Shown here piece by piece: positions 60,601 through 64,000 of a stretch of 64,000 nt of DNA; the first letter of the stretch is position 1, and each line of letters starts with the position of its first letter. The notes under the pieces are model-generated. The model was not told the DNA's origin. It saw only the letters and a program-made list of their open reading frames with translations, and did not search any database. The stretch spans positions 7,254,001 through 7,318,000 of the forward strand of contig JBHGNT010000018.1 in NCBI GenBank assembly GCA_043228905.1. Direction: 5' to 3'. Source of the stretch: Azolla caroliniana (Eukaryota; Plantae; Polypodiophyta). A program made the translations under genes and the position numbers.

Positions 60601-61165
60601 TGGTCAAGCAATCGGCGGTGTTCACCTCGGTGTCGATCTTCCGAACTTTGAGCTTCTTCTCGGTTACTAGCTCCCAAATATAATGATACCGCACCTCAAT
60701 GTGCTTCTTCTTCACATGATAGACAGGATTATTGGTGAGGTGTATTGCGCTCTGTGAATCGTAGTAGATGGTCGGTGCTGGTCGATCAATTCGGCTCGTA
60801 GAAGTTGGCTGTCAATCAATGCAGCTAGATCACTTCCTTTGCTACCTCTGATGCTACTATGTACTCAATGTGATTTGTCTTCTCATGGATACGATGATAC
60901 CGCGCCTCAATGTGCTTTTTCTTCTCATGATAGAAAGGATTATTGATGAGGTGTATTGTGCTCTATGAGTCATAGTAGATGGTCGGCGCTAGTCGATTGA
61001 TTCAGCTCGTAGCCAAGAAGTTGGCAGTCAATCGATGCAGCGAGATCACTTCCATCAGTGCCTCCAATGCTGCTATATACTCAGCTTCTGTGGTAGAAAG
61101 AGTGCACTCTTGAAGCTTTGACCTGCATGATATAGCACCTCCATCATAGGTGAAGATGTAGCCAG
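60601..61165 (-). pseudogene. Degenerate Copia RNase H relics, locally duplicated
   Basis: SGYIFTYDGGAISC..KLQECTLSTTEAEY and ..NPVYHVKKKHIEVRYH. Two related copies start near 60683 and 60893. Confidence 0.65.
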
Positions 61166-61507
61166 AACACCGACCAGAGCGTTTCTGGATACGTACCGGT
61201 CAGGGAGCACTCGAGCTCGCCTACTCGAGTGGAAGCCTTGCACTAAAGATGGGCCTTCTTACCGAAGCGCAATAGCTGTCTGCCGCCAATCGGGGAGCAC
61301 TCGGGGTCGCCTACGCGAGTGGGATCTTGCACAGGAGACCCTAAAAGAGCTACAAATGGAAACCCTCAGAGCATGCAAGCTCTAAACCAGACTAAACCTT
61401 AACCAAATATGAAGAAGAATACCTAAAAGAAACCCTAAAAGAAAGTAAGAAGAAGAGAAACTAACATACCTTCGACCTAAGTGGTAAACCCTCCTAACTT
61501 AAAATGG

Positions 61508-62425
61508 GCAACCCCTTTACAAGAGACCCCTCCCTCCTTTTATAGTCCAAGGAGGAAGGGACGTTACAATGTGGGTTAAATATCCCCTTGTTAATTTATA
61601 CACATTTTCGAATGTACATGTGCACACGGTGCACATTGCCGACTTTGCCCATTCCACCCGATTCTCGTGTGCGAGCATCTCTTGTGAGTGCTTGGCTTTG
61701 TCATTGGCCACATCCAAGTGTACTCCTTGGTTCTCGACTAATCACTTGTCGATTGAGTTCCCTCTCGTGTTGGGGTTTCAGTGTTGTTCTTACTTGTTGC
61801 ATGTTAACAGTGCCCGAGCTCGCGTCTCAAGTCCCGTTCCGACCCTTGTTGCGTGCACTCTCATTGCCAAGATTTGCATTTACCTGCTCACAAATCAACA
61901 CAAGTTCTTCTTCACCTTTAGCCACGATAGAAATCCCCGTTTCCTCATAAATCTTTCTGGGTTCAACATGGTTTGAGACGCCTTTGTCTCTATTAAGATG
62001 TCGACAGTCTTTTTGGAATTGTCTAGATTTCCCACGATAAAAGTGTGCGGAATACTGCTCGGCCACAATTGAGTGTCAATCACTCAATGGAAGAAAGTAG
62101 AAAAATAGAAATAAGACGACACAAGATGTTAACTTAGAAAACCCTGATTGGGAAAAAACATGAGAGCCCACAGACTCCAAACAATCACTATGAGACAAAG
62201 GATACAATGTGAGACTCAGAGGCAACGACTTAAAGCTCTATGTCTTTGTCAACCGGTGGTATACCCTCCTAATTCAAAATGCGCAACCCCTTTACAAGAG
62301 ACCCCTCCCTCCTTTCATAGTCCAAGGAGGGAAGGACGTTACAATGTGGGATAAATATCCCCTTGTTAATTTATGCACATTTTTGAATGTACATGTGCAC
62401 ATGGTGCACATCGCGACTTTGCCCA
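61508..62425. repeat. ~140-bp direct repeat (61508-61650, 62283-62425) flanking Copia gag and LTR relics
   Basis: GCAACCCCTTTACAAGAGACCCCTCCCTCCTTT.ATAGTCCAAGGAGG...GTACATGTGCAC occurs twice. Between the copies lie a decayed zinc knuckle (61827..62066, minus) and a GCTCGGCCACAA LTR-like piece. Confidence 0.65.
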
Positions 62426-63469
62426 TACCACTTGGTTTTTTCACTGTGGTCGGAAATCTTCACGATATCCGCCCCTACCAAAATCGCACATTGATCGGTA
62501 TAAGCTACGACAAAAGTGAAGTGTGAGGGATTCTGACCGCAGTGAACAACCGGTCTTCCGTAATCCCCACCCCAACTACCGCATCGGCTTCAGCCGGTCC
62601 CAAACCGTCGACTCATTCCAGCCTCTAGGTAGGTCGTTTTCCGTGACCCCTTTCTTACGCGTGCTTCCACCTTTGGCCCTTCGATCGACAGTATGCACAC
62701 CCTTCGTTCTGCCGTTTTCCTTCTCCCGGGAGTTCGTTTCCTTGGTTGGCGGGGATGTTGTTGATATGGATGAGGGCCATTTCTTGTAATGCAACAAGAA
62801 CACTCACTGTCTTTTCTGATCTTGGTTTAACAAAGAGGATGGGATCGTGAAGAGAAGGTTTCTTTGTGTTTTGTCCCATTTCAGGGTTTGTTAGGATTTT
62901 CTATGCCATTCAAGCCTTTCAAGTTAGGGTTTTCTGAGGGTGGCATAGAACCTAGCCCCTTTGTTTGAGTTTCAGTAAGAGCTTTGGCACGTCATCAACG
63001 TCATCTCCAACGAACCCAGTTTCCTTCCTTTCCATGCTATCTTTTTCTTTGCTTTGCTCCCAGACATAATTATCACGATCTTGTTTTCCATGAATACATT
63101 CAATCATCCTTCCCTCTAAAACCATCATCCCTGACCTTCTTTCCATTCATCCTTCCTTGCTCTTCTCTTAGCTCACCCTCCTGTGCAATATTCAATAGTC
63201 ATACATTTTGCATATATATACCATGTACACCCGCAATTATATTTGCAACAATCCCACTCACCTATTCTGTAATAATTGAAAAAAACACACACAATTTGTC
63301 TGCATTGTAATCGGCAATTGATTAAAACCATCATTTCCATGTAATTAATTTTTGTCTTCATTGTAGTTCTTATCATCAATACCGTAAGCTAGTAGTTATG
63401 GATTCCATGGAAGAGGAGAAGATATATGTCAACGTTTGAGAGAGATCTCTGATGACGAAAATTGGTCAG

Positions 63470-64000
63470 ATAGCGGCTGAGTGGCGGTCGACTAGAGGCC
63501 AGATAGTATCGGTCGATGGCCAGACAGTGGCCGACAACGGCCAGATAGTAGCAGCCAATGGCTGGAGTGGCCGACAATAGCTAAAAAATGACAGTGATTG
63601 GTCGGACAGTGGTCAACAACGGCCAAGTGCGGGTGGTGATTGGTCGAGTGGTGGCCAAACAACATCCAAGTGGTAGCCCAATAGTCGTTGGACAACGACC
63701 GAGTGGTGGCAGAATAACGACGATTGGCTAGAGAGTGGCTGACAACGGTCGAGTGCTGGTCGAACAATGGCGATTGGCCAAGTGATGGCCAAACAACGGC
63801 AAACAATGGCCGAGTGGTGGCACCTGGCCGGATAGTGGCCGACAGTGGCGGCCGAACAACGGCCAAATGAAGGCTGGATAGGAGCAGCTGAACAACGGAC
63901 GAGTGAAGGCCGGATAGCAACAACCGACGGCTGGACAATGGCAATTGGTCGGGGAGTGGCCGACAGCTGCTGAGTGGCGACAACGATTGGTTGGACAACC
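63470..64000. repeat. Degenerate short-period GTGGCC/GACAACGGCC low-complexity repeat
   Basis: Recurrent GTGGCCGACAACGGCC(A/G)GATAG variants continue to the window end. Confidence 0.7.

Noticed and set aside
62430-63470. Host gene exons in the short ORFs at the right end
   Set aside because: No recognisable domain or consistent reading frame; cannot be supported from sequence alone.
199-63998. Numerous 60-270 aa antisense or alternate-frame ORFs in the track
   Set aside because: They overlap retrotransposon pol or LTR sequence, lack recognisable motifs, and are expected shadows of GC-rich coding DNA.

Overview
The window is almost entirely a nested stack of plant LTR retrotransposons, with no host gene, rRNA, complete tRNA gene or CRISPR array. 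The element types suggest a moss or other bryophyte, but that is inference. Reconstructed structure: (1) a 5'-truncated Copia 'family A' copy (1-4360, minus) joined to a Gypsy RT/RNase H fragment and then to an opposite-strand family-A LTR. (2) A structurally complete non-chromovirus Gypsy, G1 (5784-15713, minus, TSD ACGGA), with a ~920-codon extra ORF. (3) A related 5'-truncated copy, G2 (15997-29980, plus), carrying a very young intact Tork/Tnt1-like Copia (23399-28728, TSD GAAGT, 1358-aa ORF). (4) A Copia tandem element, B (about 30402-59572), that hosts a family-A Copia (31990-37687), a solo LTR (37704-38328), a fungal-type Gypsy C with a 4-bp TSD (41459-48375) and Copia D (48512-58698), which in turn hosts tandem Copia E (50241-55903). 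(5) Old relics and a low-complexity repeat at the right end. The most striking observation is that the G1/G2 family has no polypurine tract next to the 3' LTR. In its place is a conserved sequence resembling the 3' half of tRNA-Arg(UCU), ending in CCA in G2, which suggests plus-strand priming by a second tRNA or a tRNA mimic. All coordinates and alignments were read by eye, and tRNA and lineage assignments come from recalled consensus sequences, not database searches.
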